Position numbers and translations under genes: made by a program. Below, in pieces: positions 22,401-35,180 of a DNA stretch of 64,000 nt; the stretch's first letter is position 1; each line of letters opens with the position of its first letter. The notes under the pieces are model-generated. The model saw nothing but the letters and a program-made list of their open reading frames with translations. It made no database searches and was not told the origin of the DNA. The stretch lies in NCBI GenBank assembly GCA_030141605.1, contig JAQGDQ010000098.1, positions 310,001 to 374,000 of the forward strand, read 5' to 3'. This stretch comes from Tubiluchus corallicola (taxonomy: Eukaryota > Animalia > Priapulida).

Positions 22401-25400
22401 AGATATTTCCTAGCGCAAAAGTATTATACAGAATATTTGAAGGACCTTTGCAATACGTCTCATGGTACACTGTGAGAAGCATTATACTTGTAACAGTCAA
22501 TGGCTAATTAACTGGAGAATGAGGCGCTGAGAACCTAGCCAGGATTTTGAACCTACAACCTTATTACACCCTCATCCGTTCTTATTTGAACTATTGAACC
22601 AACATATTAGACCTGAATTCTTACCTTAGTAAACTGAATCAATCAGAGCCACCTATTTTATATTAGCGACACTTAATTTTGAATACACTCAAATGACTCA
22701 ACAGTGAAAAAATGCCCTCCGACCAATTACTCTATTATAATTGTAATTACTCAGCGGTATTGTATTAGCGTTGAACAAAGGATTTTAACGGTAAAGCACA
22801 TGAAATGCCAGGCAGCTTAAAGTTCACCAACTGAAATTTGCCACTGAACCTTGAAAATTTGTAACGCGCACTTTAATCCCAGTCTAATGCACCTACTTTT
22901 CAATTGGAGTTTATTTTTCTTTACAAATTGCTCTTAAATTAGGTGCTTAGGATGTTATTAGATTTAGAAACTGATTTGTGTTCAAGTCAATTGGAGTGAC
23001 TGTCGGAAAATGTCACATTTAAGTTGACTCCATTTCTTTCGACAGAGCAGCATACGTAGTCCAAAACATCTTCAATTTTTGAAGTGAGATAATTGGTTGC
23101 AAACGGTACAGTGCCCACATACACCTATTTTTTTATTAAAGTACTATGAATGTCGGTAAGGAGTTTTGCGAATAAACTGAGTGCTTGCTCATATGTATGA
23201 AATGTATGAAAGCTCACATTTACAAATACTTGAAACTGTGACTACGACTACAGCACTTTAATTTTGTAGGCATGGTTACAATTATTCGGGTAAACTATGT
23301 TTGTTTCAAGGATTGTTCTTCAAAGATATTAAACATTTTCTTGTCCTATATTAGGAAAATTCTACACTTCTGATTAGCTAAAGCACAAGGCATAATTTTG
23401 CAACATAACACTAATGCAGTGCTTCTTTTGTACATTCTAGATATTCTAAATAATATAACAGTTCAAAGCATTTTGATTTGTTAGTTGTATAACATGTGCG
23501 GTTAAGTGTGCGTGGTGCTGCTGGTGGGGTACCCAGACCGCGCTATTGGTCAAAACTGGTATCTACTACTGCATTGGAGCTTAGTTGCGGTACAAGTGCG
23601 ATGAAATTGCTTAAAATATTGTTTTTATTTTTTGTGCATTTATAAAGCGATGTTCGTTTGTTAAAATGTAAATCTAATGTTGGACAAAACCCTCACATAT
23701 CTCTTGGTGGTAAGTTCTTGAAAGGACCTCAAACGTTTCATAAAACGTGTGTACCATTCGTAAACGCCTATAAGTGATATTATGCGCAAATAAAAACACG
23801 TCGAACAAAGGGACTGGTGTAAACTTTGGCTAAAGCTTCTCTTTAATGAAACATTGCATTGCGATGTTGTTGTAGTTTTAACTATTAAAAACTCGTAAAC
23901 TCACTACGTGTAAAGAAGACATCAATGTTAAAACATTCTAGATTTACTCGACCCCCTTGCAGTCGCGGGTGCAAAATTACACGTACGTTTTCCCTTTAAT
24001 TTCCAAAGCCCAGATCGAAAATCGGTGCCCTGCATTCTGTTCTCGTTAAACGGGTACATACAGACTTGCTTACACAGTAGGTCTCAGTGTTGTGTTACCC
24101 GTGCCATAAATAGACGAGGGACCGCCCGTGCTCACTTTATCCGCGTTGCTGAACGTTTGAAGCCATTTCGTCCGAGCTTAACAATAGGGAACAGTTCCCT
24201 TGTTTTCAAATCTAAACATATCAGCTTCCGATCAGGCTGTTGGAGGTATTACCGTAGGTAATATTGAAGGCTCAAAATCAAGGTAAATCCATCCTTTTTG
24301 ACGAACTACGCTACTACTTAATAACTACAGATAAAAGAAAAACCTACCCTCGAACAACATTTTTAAGATTCTGCTTACAGCAGAACTTCTTGATTTACCC
24401 TCGGTTTTATTTATTTATTTATTACTATTTAGGCCGTTTTGTTTTGCTAATAACTATTTTAAAAACGAAAGCTCTTACATAAAGCCTCTCCAGTCACAGA
24501 AGCAAAGTCTCTTAGCACAGTTTTTGACACAGGCAAAAACGTCCACTAGTTGTATCTTAATATACCCTTAAAAATATGGAAATTACCACATAACATGTAC
24601 GTATAAAATTCCTTACTTGAAAATGTAAAAGCAAATTTAAATCATTCGTATCTCCCGTCAAACAGGCATATTTGAAAAAATAACGTAAGCTAGTGTTACG
24701 CACGAAGGAACGCAGAACAACGCTGCTGCAGTTAACTCACAAATTCTGCTATTCTAGCTAATCAAATCTTCGCGTTTAACTGAATTTATGTAAAAATTGA
24801 CCGTCTGATGAAATTGTAATAACTCTCGAAATGCGTAAGTATTACTCAATATAATTACGCATAAGCATGGAATTCTGCGAGGCTGCGAGCATACAGAAAG
24901 TTCCCGGCGGTTTACTTAGCTTGTAGAGTTCAGTTTTAACTTATTAAAATAATTATTCTGTTATTTTGCCGGCGTTAACTAGCCGAGTTATTGCCGTCTT
25001 ATTACATTATCGTCGGTAACTAGTTTTCATTATATAGTGGGCAACGGGATTTATCAAACAACAAAAAGCATTTAATAATCTCTCGTTTAAAGGACAAGAA
25101 AACGGGTACCTGAAGTAGGTTCCAGAAAAACTGCCTTAAAAATTATATTACTTTACAACATTTTTATGCGTATATCGTACTCGCGTTGAAAGGAATTTTT
25201 GTTTGTTTTCATTTTAAATCTCCCGCAATACTGCTCCGACCACGCCACATGAAATCACCTACGCACAACGTAAATCAGGGGAGGAAACGGAAATGTTAAA
25301 TTATGTCCCGAAATCTATATTATTTAGCATTTCCCTTGCCTGCTGGAAAGACTTATGTAACTAGAAATAATAATTTAAAACGTTCGTGCCAATTGGTAAA

Positions 25401-27499
25401 ATGCCGCTCACTCACCCTCCAGGGTGCGCCACTCACTAACCAAAAACGTATTTTTAATCTGATTGACCAGATACAGTAATTTACTTAGTTAGTTACTGTG
25501 TGTTACGCATGCTCTGACTATTTTTTCATACTGTACGCAGTGTTATCTAAACTTGTTTCAAACAGCTTACAATTAAAATAGCTGCGCCTAACGGTCATCG
25601 CGAGAGTTGTATACAGCGTTACTGCCAACGCAAGCCCTGCATGCAAAAAAGCAGTATATTAGTGGTATAAAATTTCAATACGATTTTAAGGCTTATATAA
25701 GTGGAGGGTTTTCTTGTGCTTTAATATTTTAGGTTGCTTGTAGTTGATAATAGTAACTGCAGCTGCAAAAGAAGTTCACTCAAGCAACTGGCGGGATAAG
25801 TGTTTTTGCACTGTAACCGGATGACGCCATTTTTCGCTCAAATTGACCGCGCCTAAGCTTGAAGTGAACTTGATTTCAAATTCATTTTACTCATATACAC
25901 GAGGCACTTATTATAATTTTACTGCTAAAACTTTCTAACATTTTTCTCAAGTATTTAAAATAAGCTCAACTTCTCGAGAAAGTTTAGAGGTTAGATCCTT
26001 GCAAATGTGTTAAAAAAACCCATTTAGATAAGTTTGAATGTGCGGGAACTTTTAGTTGTTGTTAAGCTAGAGAGTGAATTAGCATGTTAGAGTGTGATAA
26101 ACGTTTTATACAAAAATATCAGCTGCAATGTGATAAAATTGACGAGCAAAAATAATGGCATACACTCCATACACTTAAAGGTTCAGAGGTGCCCATGCGT
26201 TTATACTAGTTGTAAGATTCCCATGGCTATTCGCGTGAAAAATTCCTGTGGATTATAAGCGAATTGGACTCCCGAGAATGAGATGCCATATCAAAGTCCT
26301 TATTGCCATCGTTACTTTTAGTACTTAAAACAACTGAGCATAAGTTTTCAAAGTTTTGAGATTTCTATGACTAAAATAAGTGCTAGCAGCTAGCTGAACG
26401 TAAACAACCTGTTAAAACTCGCAGCTTAGCAAGTTTTACCAGCATAACTTAGCAGGATAATGTGATTGCGGACTATTTTATAACCATCATAAATTTAATT
26501 AGGCAGCTCGGAAACGTTATTAGACATGATTAATTGCCCGGTTAAGTAAAGAAAGCATTTTCTTCATTGTCCTGATGTATGAAATTTACGAGGACAATTC
26601 CAAACACCAAAACACGCCAGAAAAATAATTTGCGCGGTTGCAAGGTTTGCATTGATGAAGAGCAGCCTGGTTCATATATTGGTGAGTCAGCAAGTGACCA
26701 GTAGTGAACCTAACGAATTTACTGAACGGTATCACCTTCTGTTATTTGTTTAGTCATGCTACAGTTGTGGCAACTGTTATATATAAGCTATTATTATTTA
26801 CTTATTTTGTCTTTCGGGTGGTAGCCCGTGACGCAGTGCGTCAGATTCAGTTGCCGGACATTTTTAAAGACCAGCGAGTTTATACCTACGTTTAAAAATC
26901 GCCAATTAGCACTCCTGTGTGGTAAAATTCTTTTTAATACATGTAGTTAACTCGTCCAACGATGCACAAGCTACCATGGCGTCGCGATTGCGACATGCAT
27001 CAGTAGCACAAAAAATAGTATACAGGCCTGTTCGTACTAAACCAGTGACTTTGTGTGTCATTTATCTTTTACAATTTCAAACTGTGAATGTACTAACAGA
27101 AACTTACTTCAATTGAAGACGAATTTTTTCAGCAGCATGTGAACCTTATTTTTCGAATATTATTAATGAGAACATGAAACAGATGTGCAATTATATACCA
27201 TTTCACATGCGACAATTATAGCTCTGTTGTAGCAGATTCTGTTCGACTTACAAGTGTAATTGCGTGTAGGTAGTTACACCAAAGCATGCGAGACATAGAC
27301 ACCATCGGACAAAAACTTTGCAGTGTTCCTAAAATATTGGCTTTGATGTAAAAATAACAGCACTACAGGTAAATGTTTAGCTTTCTATGTAGTTCGGCAA
27401 GTGCCACTTCTTCACATTTCACCATTAAATGCAATTTGTCATGAAAACTAACAGAGACTCAGTAAAAGTGCGGATCCAAACCATAACACGAAGTCACTA

Positions 27500-27705
27500 T
27501 GGACAAAAATCTATTTTGACACTTTTTCACCTTGACTTTTGAGTTTTTGAACCAGAGCAATGGCTTTCCGAGTCTTGTCCAATCCTATCCTGGTGGCAAG
27601 TTTGGTGGTTGTATCCTCGTCCGTTTTGATTTCACTGTGCCACACACAGGGACACTGGCTAACACACAGATGCGATTAAATGGCTAGCGTCGGCGTAGGT
27701 AAAAT
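27500..27705 (+). mobile_element. Helentron-associated (HINE/DINE-like) non-autonomous element fragment
   Basis: caccttgactttt...aagtttggtggttgt...ccgttttg...cacacacag...cacacagatgcg...cgtcggcgtaggtaa follows the recalled layout of these elements (core, microsatellite, terminal stem). Confidence 0.5.
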
Positions 27706-28599
27706 TCTAAGCAAAATCTCGTGTGTCATCTAAATGTGACAACGGACATCAAAACGCAAGTCCCTGCGGGTCAAAACATTCCCGAATACAACCTGTTTTT
27801 AATGTCATATTAATGTGAGACTGGTCACGTATTTCTAGAATGGACATACAGATAACGATCTGCATTGCATGCGTAATATCATACAGGCCAATGTAAGTGT
27901 CACAGGACATTGGCAGTAATATGACACGAGCCAATCAAATAGGGAACTGATTAAACAGCTGCAATAGCGCTTCTGCTGTTAATGCGGGTTTCTCCAAATC
28001 GAACATTTTGGAGATTTTAAAGTCATTACGTCCTGTGTCACATTTGATGATCATTTGGATGTCATTGCAAGCACTATTTTATTGTCTTAGAGTAGAAAAT
28101 AATCTGTACAAAAATATTCCGCGTTCGCTCGAATAGATGGCAAATTAAAGATGGTCGATATACCAGATTTAAAACTCCTGTTGAATTAATTTTGCTAAGC
28201 ATTAATGTGTTCAATCAGCACTGTGATATATATATATGTAGATATGTTTGCTATAAATTATGGCATTTTTTGAATCAACTATGCTTAAAAAGAGCCTTGT
28301 TTTTGTAGGAACGTGTTCCTGTATACGTTGTTTTTAAGTGTGTGATTTGTTAATTGTACTTGCGTTTACGTTTATGAAATAAAGCGTTCATTACTATTTA
28401 TTATTATTACTTATATTAAACGCAAATGGCCATATCATCGCCTACCTGAATACTGGCCTATCTTCTCTCATCGGCGGATCTTTGTAGTTCACATTTGATT
28501 TTATTCGAGTGTGTTTTCATGATGGACAATTCTGTCCCAGCTATAGCCAACTTTTTATAACTCAGTATTCCATTGTAGTGCAAACTTAATGTAGATGGT

Positions 28600-28826
28600 T
28601 TTGATAGTACCGGAAGTCAAACTAAGAACAATGCTCTGTCGTCAGACACTGAATCAGCAGAGGTATACAGTCTCCGCAAGTATGTGAAATGGCCGGTGGA
28701 GGGGTAGTATGTCAGCCGAAACCGCTCAGAAGAAGTCTTTCCAAGTGGTCCCCATCCATTTACTGGACCACGTTGCTTAATTTCACCTAGAACAATACCG
28801 TGACCACTCAGCTACTCACTTCCCCA
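28600..28826 (-). mobile_element. SINE-like element with tRNA-type head and 5S-rRNA-like segment
   Basis: Minus strand reads gtagctgagtggtc (A-box) ... aattaagcaacgtggtccagtaaatggatgggaccac, similar to the 5S internal control region. Confidence 0.5.
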
Positions 28827-31179
28827 AAAGACGTTACTCTACGATTAATATAATACAGCTTCAGTCAACTCTATGTTCTTCAGCAAGCAGCATGTGGCTT
28901 CCACGTCGGTCTTTCTCTTCCAAATAAACACAGACGGACCAACGCGAAGCCAAGTGTTTTATCTGTGTGCGCCCTACAATTCTGCATCTTAGTACATTAA
29001 CGAGGTTAGTAATAGTTCGCGCGATAGTCGTATGCGGGCAGCCATGTTTCTGCGCAGCATGAACGTCAGCTGTGGTAAATACAGTTTGTTAACTAATCAG
29101 ACATGTCAGCAAATGCCCTAAAAGGTCTCGCTAACACACCACACGAAAGCCATTTAAGAGCCGCAACATTTCACGCTGCTGTCTGTTATTAGACTCACAG
29201 ACGTGACAGACGTAGAGGACGCTCAATTCTTGCTAATCAGTCAAAGCTTTAGGCATAACTGCGTAGTAATGATCACGAACAAAGGTCGACGAGGAAGGAA
29301 AGAAACGATAAGAACTGTGGTATTTAAACTTACGAACTACGGTGAAAACAATTATTTTAATACGCTGGCCGTTTGCAAAGCCGCATTATGGTAATTTTTT
29401 AATTGCAGCGGCTTTCTAGAGTATAATGCTGAGGCTTCGTTTTTATGCTTGATGAAAAAATGAAGCCCAGCCCCCTTCGAAAAACAGTAAAAACTATGAA
29501 AATGTTCTAGAATTGGTTAGAATGTGATGACTATTGAAAGGAACGCCATGGATTTCTGTAGGATTCGTGACTTGAACAACTCTAACCAGGCTCTGCCGTA
29601 GCAAGGTGGAAGACGGTCGTAAAAGGGGTTTGTTACACGCCACAAGCTACCTGCGATAACTTTATTGTGCAGCTTGAACATTATACAATGTGTTAACTCG
29701 AATATATCAAATGAATGTGGAAACGGCTATGATTTAGACGACAGGAATAAATTTAAATTTCCCCAACCCTAGCCATTGAATTTTTTTCAGACAATTGACG
29801 TATCACCGTCAGTCCTCAGTTGTTTAGCTTCAAATTTCGAGATATATCTCGTGTTTTCTCTTAGGTGAAAAGACTTTCGCTTCAGGCGTTATGTAGCCTG
29901 TTTTATCGTAATACCTCAACAATCACTAAGTAGTCTTATTCTGTGTATAAAATCAGTGCTCATGTTTTCTAAATTTTTATAACTCCTTCTCTTTTACCAG
30001 ATTCTACACAGTATAAACACATGGACTTTTCCTTTTTGCTGCTCAGCTTCTTGGTGTTGATTTGTGTTCTATTGACGCATTGAAGTTGCTGAAATAAAAA
30101 AGCGGGTTGTTTTATGTATCATGCGCGATAATATGGAGATTCCTCTTAAAAGTAACAGAAAGTTCTTGTATGTAAACCTGTTGCAGCTGTTTATGTAAAT
30201 CTGTAAACGGTACCAGCATATTACTATTACTACTATGAGAGTCAAGTTTATAGGAGTAAACATTTTATTTTAATCATTAAGACTGATCGTTATAATATAT
30301 TATTTACTTGTAGTTAATTATGTAGATTAATTTGATCGTATCAGCATATTTTAATTAAAGTGAAGCCGTGTCCTGCTTCTTTGCAGTTTTGCAAACAGAA
30401 TTGTAACCATCATTAGTAATTTATTGTGGTTTTTTATTTGTCTAATATTGCGTGTTCGCGCATTTAGTTGTTTCTGTTTGTCTTTGGTAAAAGAAAGTGG
30501 ATTTTCGTTGAAAACTGGCGTTGGGTTGTATTGGACCGAAGGCTCGAGAGTCAGTCGAATTCCAGGATGCTCTGACGGCTTTTAAATCCTGCTGTATGAT
30601 GATCCAGCTTGTCATTTGAAATTGATAACGTAATTAATTATTTAACTAATGAAAGCTAGTGGAATTCTTTAACTCCAAATGTTGTCTTAATTAATAATGA
30701 ATCATTTATAAAATAATTACGTCTCGTAGCATGTCATCAAACTCACACAAAATTACACTATAACAAGCTTTATTAATCTTACCTTTAAGGATATTTAACG
30801 ATATTTATAAAAATACATTTTTATTAGCAAAAATACCTTGCATAAAACGATTGAAATGACAGATAGCTTAACTAAAAGGTTACAGTTTGCTAGTCTGGTG
30901 TAGAAACTGGCAGAAAAAGTAAAAAGGCACGAAAAGAATAAAAAACCACATGTAGAATGATAGGCCTTCACTAGCGTGCCAGGGCCAGCAGCAGGGTCCT
31001 TAATCCCCATACAGCAAGCTGCCTGCAATATTAGTTATATTTTGATATAAAAATTGCTCTGTACTTACTCGTTCCTTTTGCACACCTCTAGCAAAAGTAG
31101 TTTATGTTCACAGATTTAGATGCGTCCGCAAGCGCTTCATCTAAATTTGTGGTTATCTAATTTACGTTAGCTAATAAAC

Positions 31180-32755
31180 TTATATTCCAAGTACACTAAG
31201 ACAAAGTACATGTTAATATCAAGAAACTCACCGGATTTAAATAATGACCATTTTACTATTGATATGGGTGACAACATTTAATAAGGACTATCTTCACAAA
31301 ATATTTAGGGCTACATATCGACAACAAACTGACTTGGAATATGCACTCAAAATTTATACTGCACAAACTCAACAAGATTATTTCTTAAAATACGACATTT
31401 TCTTGACAGAAATACCATCCGAACCCTTTACTATTTACTTGCGTATCCATATTTTCAGTATTGTATACTCTGCTGGAGATCAGCCAATAAAACTATTTTA
31501 ACGCCATTACGCGTTGCACAAAATTAAATTGTCAAATTAATTACATTTAGTAAATATAGAGATCATGCTACGCCTTTATTTGATGGCGTAGTTTACCTGA
31601 AATATTTTCTAGTTATTTTACTCTAATTAGTGATATTCATAACTATAGCACAAGAACAGCTACCAGGAAGCATTACTCTCTCTCAAGATATTCAACAACA
31701 TAATGGGTTAAACTCCATTAGGTATCAAGGAGTAAAACGTGAAATAAGTTAGATTTACATATTAAAGACTCCCCGTCAGTTTCTTGCATGGCTTCTAAAC
31801 TTAAAAAGACTCTACTAGTAAATTATACTAGCATTGACTAACATTATATTTATTTAAACTAAGTGTTTTTTCCTTGTACTAATAATATTAACTAATTTAT
31901 CGAATATTAACCTGGCCTACAATTATAAAAAAAATACATATAATAGCAGTGCAAAATATTAGCATTTTCAGATGTAAATTTATAAAAAAAAGTTCACTAA
32001 TGGGGACAGGTTTAACGAATATGGGTATGATATGATATGATATGATATGGGTATTCATAACTATCCCCTATATATTATGTATATGTATATGTATGCGTAT
32101 GTGTGTATATGTATGTGAGTAGATGTATGTATATATTTGTGTACTTGTAAATGCATGTACTTATATATTTGTATATGTATATAAATGTAAAAAAAGTACT
32201 TGGAAAAATATCTTCTTAATAGTGAAAAGCAGTTCCTCTTAAATTCTGTTTTTTTAAATAATTACTACACAACACGAAATTCATGAATATTGTCACTTAT
32301 TTTATTTTGTTTTGGTAATTTGTAGAATATTCCAAAGGATCTCATATCATTGCTTAAGATATACTTAGTGCTTTTTTCTGTCACCATATAAACTATAATA
32401 TTGTTAGATCAAACATTCGTTTATCAACTAAACTGCAAATATAAATAAAATTATGAGTTAATTACCTCAGTTTTTGCTTAGAAACTACTAATTTGGGAAA
32501 TCAAGCTGGTTAAATTAATTTATTGTCTGTTCCACATTTCTCACTAGTGCCGCCTGTGATCATATAATTTTAACATATTAAAAGGATGGCTGACTTGATG
32601 ACCTTTTGATCGGCTCGCTATCCTCTCTCCTTTGCACTTATTACTAGCAATTAGGGTTTATTTACCTGTATACTATTCATCTATTGCTCCCTTATAGACT
32701 GGAAGTGGTTACTGTACATTTGTAAATTGGAGAAAAAAATAAATTTCAATTCAAT
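31180..32755 (+). mobile_element. Decayed 3' part of an L2-group (Crack/Daphne-like) LINE with AT-rich 3' UTR
   Basis: Frameshifted K.LGLHIDNKLTWNMH, IRHFLDRNTIRTLYYLLAYPYFQYCILCW, IKDSPSV...KLKKTLL. Ends with aataaatttcaattcaat at about 32739-32755. Confidence 0.7.
32026..32190 (+). repeat. (GATAT)n and (TATG/TA)n low-complexity tract
   Basis: Directly visible. Confidence 0.85.
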
Positions 32756-32912
32756 GTGTGAATAAAATCAAAACGAGGCGTAGCTGCTAAAGAAAATTCT
32801 TTAACTTGACTGCGATTGTTTACAAACATAAAGTTTGGTCAGTTTGCTGTATAGTTGATCTCTTCATTTGGTGGAAAGTTTAAATTGAATAGTCGCTAAA
32901 AAATTCAAAATT

Positions 32913-35180
32913 ATGCAAAGAGATCAACTAGATTTAGGATGCAAAAAGACTTTTGGGAGTCTGTGGATCCGCAAACCTGTGCCAAACAATGAAGGAGTTA
33001 TACTGAAAATAACTCATTCGGTACCAGGAAGTCACCCGCTGGACGGTAGAAACGTGCGATTTTTGCAGTTCGCGTTCGACTTTAGTGGCACCAAACTTCT
33101 TAGTGCAGATCAACACGGAAATATTACTATTTTGGATTTTGATAAAAATAGATTTAAACATGTCTGTCGTCTTACTGTTACTTGTACAGCTCTCAGTTTC
33201 GCAAATTCTCCTGTTACGCGCCTCGTAACAATCTGTGTAGGAACTTCTGACTGTACGTTTCGAATTTACCGTGCAAGCAAAGGTGAACAAAGTGCGTGCC
33301 TTAAAGGTCATGCAACAGCCATCTGCAGCATTTCTTCTCACTCAAGTCGAGAGTTTGTAGTCACAACGTCTTGTGACACTGGTATAATATGGAACATTGA
33401 AACATATAGCAAACTAAGAAAACTCACTCTAAAGCAAGAACTTGATATATTAAAAATTTCTTTCTTGCCTGAAAGCAATACCATACTTACCTGTTTTAAA
33501 GAGGGTTCCATATTCGGCTGTAGTTTTAATGAAACCAACGTGCAGTTTAAATTTCAACTTCCACAACCGCCATGCAATGCGCGGTCATATACATGTGTCG
33601 CTTTGTCACCAGATGGCAAAAACGTTGCTGCTAGTGCTCGCAGATCATGTGTGCATGTTTGGGACTTGGAGAGCAATTTATTTAAATATCACTTAGAACT
33701 TCCAAAAGGTGCAGCAACCTGCAAACACATGCAGCTGTTTGTTGCACCTACTAGTCATGCAGGACCTAAGGAAGAACTTGTGTTATCTGTAGTCGGTGCT
33801 GATGGTGTACTTTTAATTCTTGATATGAACAATAACATGGTGCATAGCACAAAACAAGTTGACTTGAGACTTTGTCAGTTTGTGATGAATTTTAAGCAAA
33901 TTTATGCTGCCTCCTTGCTGACTGATGGCACCCTACAAATTTATGATGTGGCTAGTTTATTCACAAGACTTGGCATGAAAGCTGTTGCCAAAGAGTTGAA
34001 CTCAGAAACTCCTGCTATGCAGTCCTTAGCTGGAAATGTATTGCAGGGAAAAATTTCAAAGCAGATCAAGAAGGAACAACCTATTAGACAGACCGTAGTT
34101 GAAAAAGCATCAGGAGAACCACACCATGTAGATCAAAACCTGAAAAGCCATGTGCCTGATGTAGTAACCCATTTTGATAGAGAACGACTGAACAGAATCT
34201 TGAAAAGCTGTGGAGAATATCCTGAGAAATACAGGCTTCTTATTTGGAGAATACTTCTTCAGCTGCCAGAAAATGTTGAGAATTATAAATTTCTTGTTGG
34301 CAAAGGTGTCCACCCGGCTTTCAGTAATCTTCAAACTAAGTACCCTTTCAAGAGCGGTCAGCTGCTACAAATCATGCAGAAGATGTTATCTGCACTTGCT
34401 CATTGGGCACCAACTACACTTTCTGAAGATGGTTATCTGCCACTGTTTGTGTTTCCCTTTGTTAAGCTTTTCCGCCATAATCATTTTGTGTGCTTTGAAG
34501 TACTTATGTCATTGGTGAACAATTGGTGTAAACACTGGTTTGAGTTTTATCCTGCACCTCCCCTTAATGTCCTTTCCATCATTGAAAACATGTTGGCTAG
34601 AGAAGACAAAAAGTTGCTTCTGCATTTTATACACTGTGGTTTTACAACTCAGGCATATGCTTGGCCAGTACTGCAGACAGCATTGTCAGAAATCTTGAGT
34701 AAAAAAGACTGGTTGATTGTATGGGATCATTTGTTGAGCAACCATCCAGCTTTTCTTGCTGCAGTCACGGTATCACTACTTACTGCTTGTAAGAACTCAC
34801 TGATTAAAATTGTTATCTTGGATGACCTGCGTTTTTTCTTGCATCATCGGCAAACTTTTGATATCCGTGCTGTTATTCGTGATGCTTATAGAATATATGA
34901 TACCACTATTACTAGCTTAAATATTGGTGATTTTATTGAAGAATATCAACCTCTTCCTATCTGTGGAGTTTATCCGGAGTTTAAACATCATTCACGCTAT
35001 GTTGAAGATTTTCATATTCAAGAACGAGAACGACTTCGACAGGAAGAGCTTGAGTATCTCAAAAAAAGAAAGGAAGAAATAGCTGCCCAAAATAGCCTAT
35101 TAATGTCTGAAAACCTAAACAGGGAATTGAGATCTCGTCGTGCCAAAAATCGCGTCAAAAGTCCTAATTTAAAATTGTGA
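32913..35180 (+). CDS. TBC1D31: TBC1 domain family member 31 (WDR67): WD40 repeats plus Rab-GAP TBC domain; single-exon ORF nested in the junctophilin intron
   Basis: VRFLQFAFD..G..L...DQHGNI, LKGHATAI, GEYPEKYRLLIWRILLQLPEN, YLPLFVFPFVKLF, NWCKHWFEFYPAPPLNVLSIIEN, QERERLRQEELEYL. AATAAA near 35313 and 35429. Confidence 0.93.
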   Translation: MQRDQLDLGCKKTFGSLWIRKPVPNNEGVILKITHSVPGSHPLDGRNVRFLQFAFDFSGTKLLSADQHGNITILDFDKNRFKHVCRLTVTCTALSFANSPVTRLVTICVGTSDCTFRIYRASKGEQSACLKGHATAICSISSHSSREFVVTTSCDTGIIWNIETYSKLRKLTLKQELDILKISFLPESNTILTCFKEGSIFGCSFNETNVQFKFQLPQPPCNARSYTCVALSPDGKNVAASARRSCVHVWDLESNLFKYHLELPKGAATCKHMQLFVAPTSHAGPKEELVLSVVGADGVLLILDMNNNMVHSTKQVDLRLCQFVMNFKQIYAASLLTDGTLQIYDVASLFTRLGMKAVAKELNSETPAMQSLAGNVLQGKISKQIKKEQPIRQTVVEKASGEPHHVDQNLKSHVPDVVTHFDRERLNRILKSCGEYPEKYRLLIWRILLQLPENVENYKFLVGKGVHPAFSNLQTKYPFKSGQLLQIMQKMLSALAHWAPTTLSEDGYLPLFVFPFVKLFRHNHFVCFEVLMSLVNNWCKHWFEFYPAPPLNVLSIIENMLAREDKKLLLHFIHCGFTTQAYAWPVLQTALSEILSKKDWLIVWDHLLSNHPAFLAAVTVSLLTACKNSLIKIVILDDLRFFLHHRQTFDIRAVIRDAYRIYDTTITSLNIGDFIEEYQPLPICGVYPEFKHHSRYVEDFHIQERERLRQEELEYLKKRKEEIAAQNSLLMSENLNRELRSRRAKNRVKSPNLKL

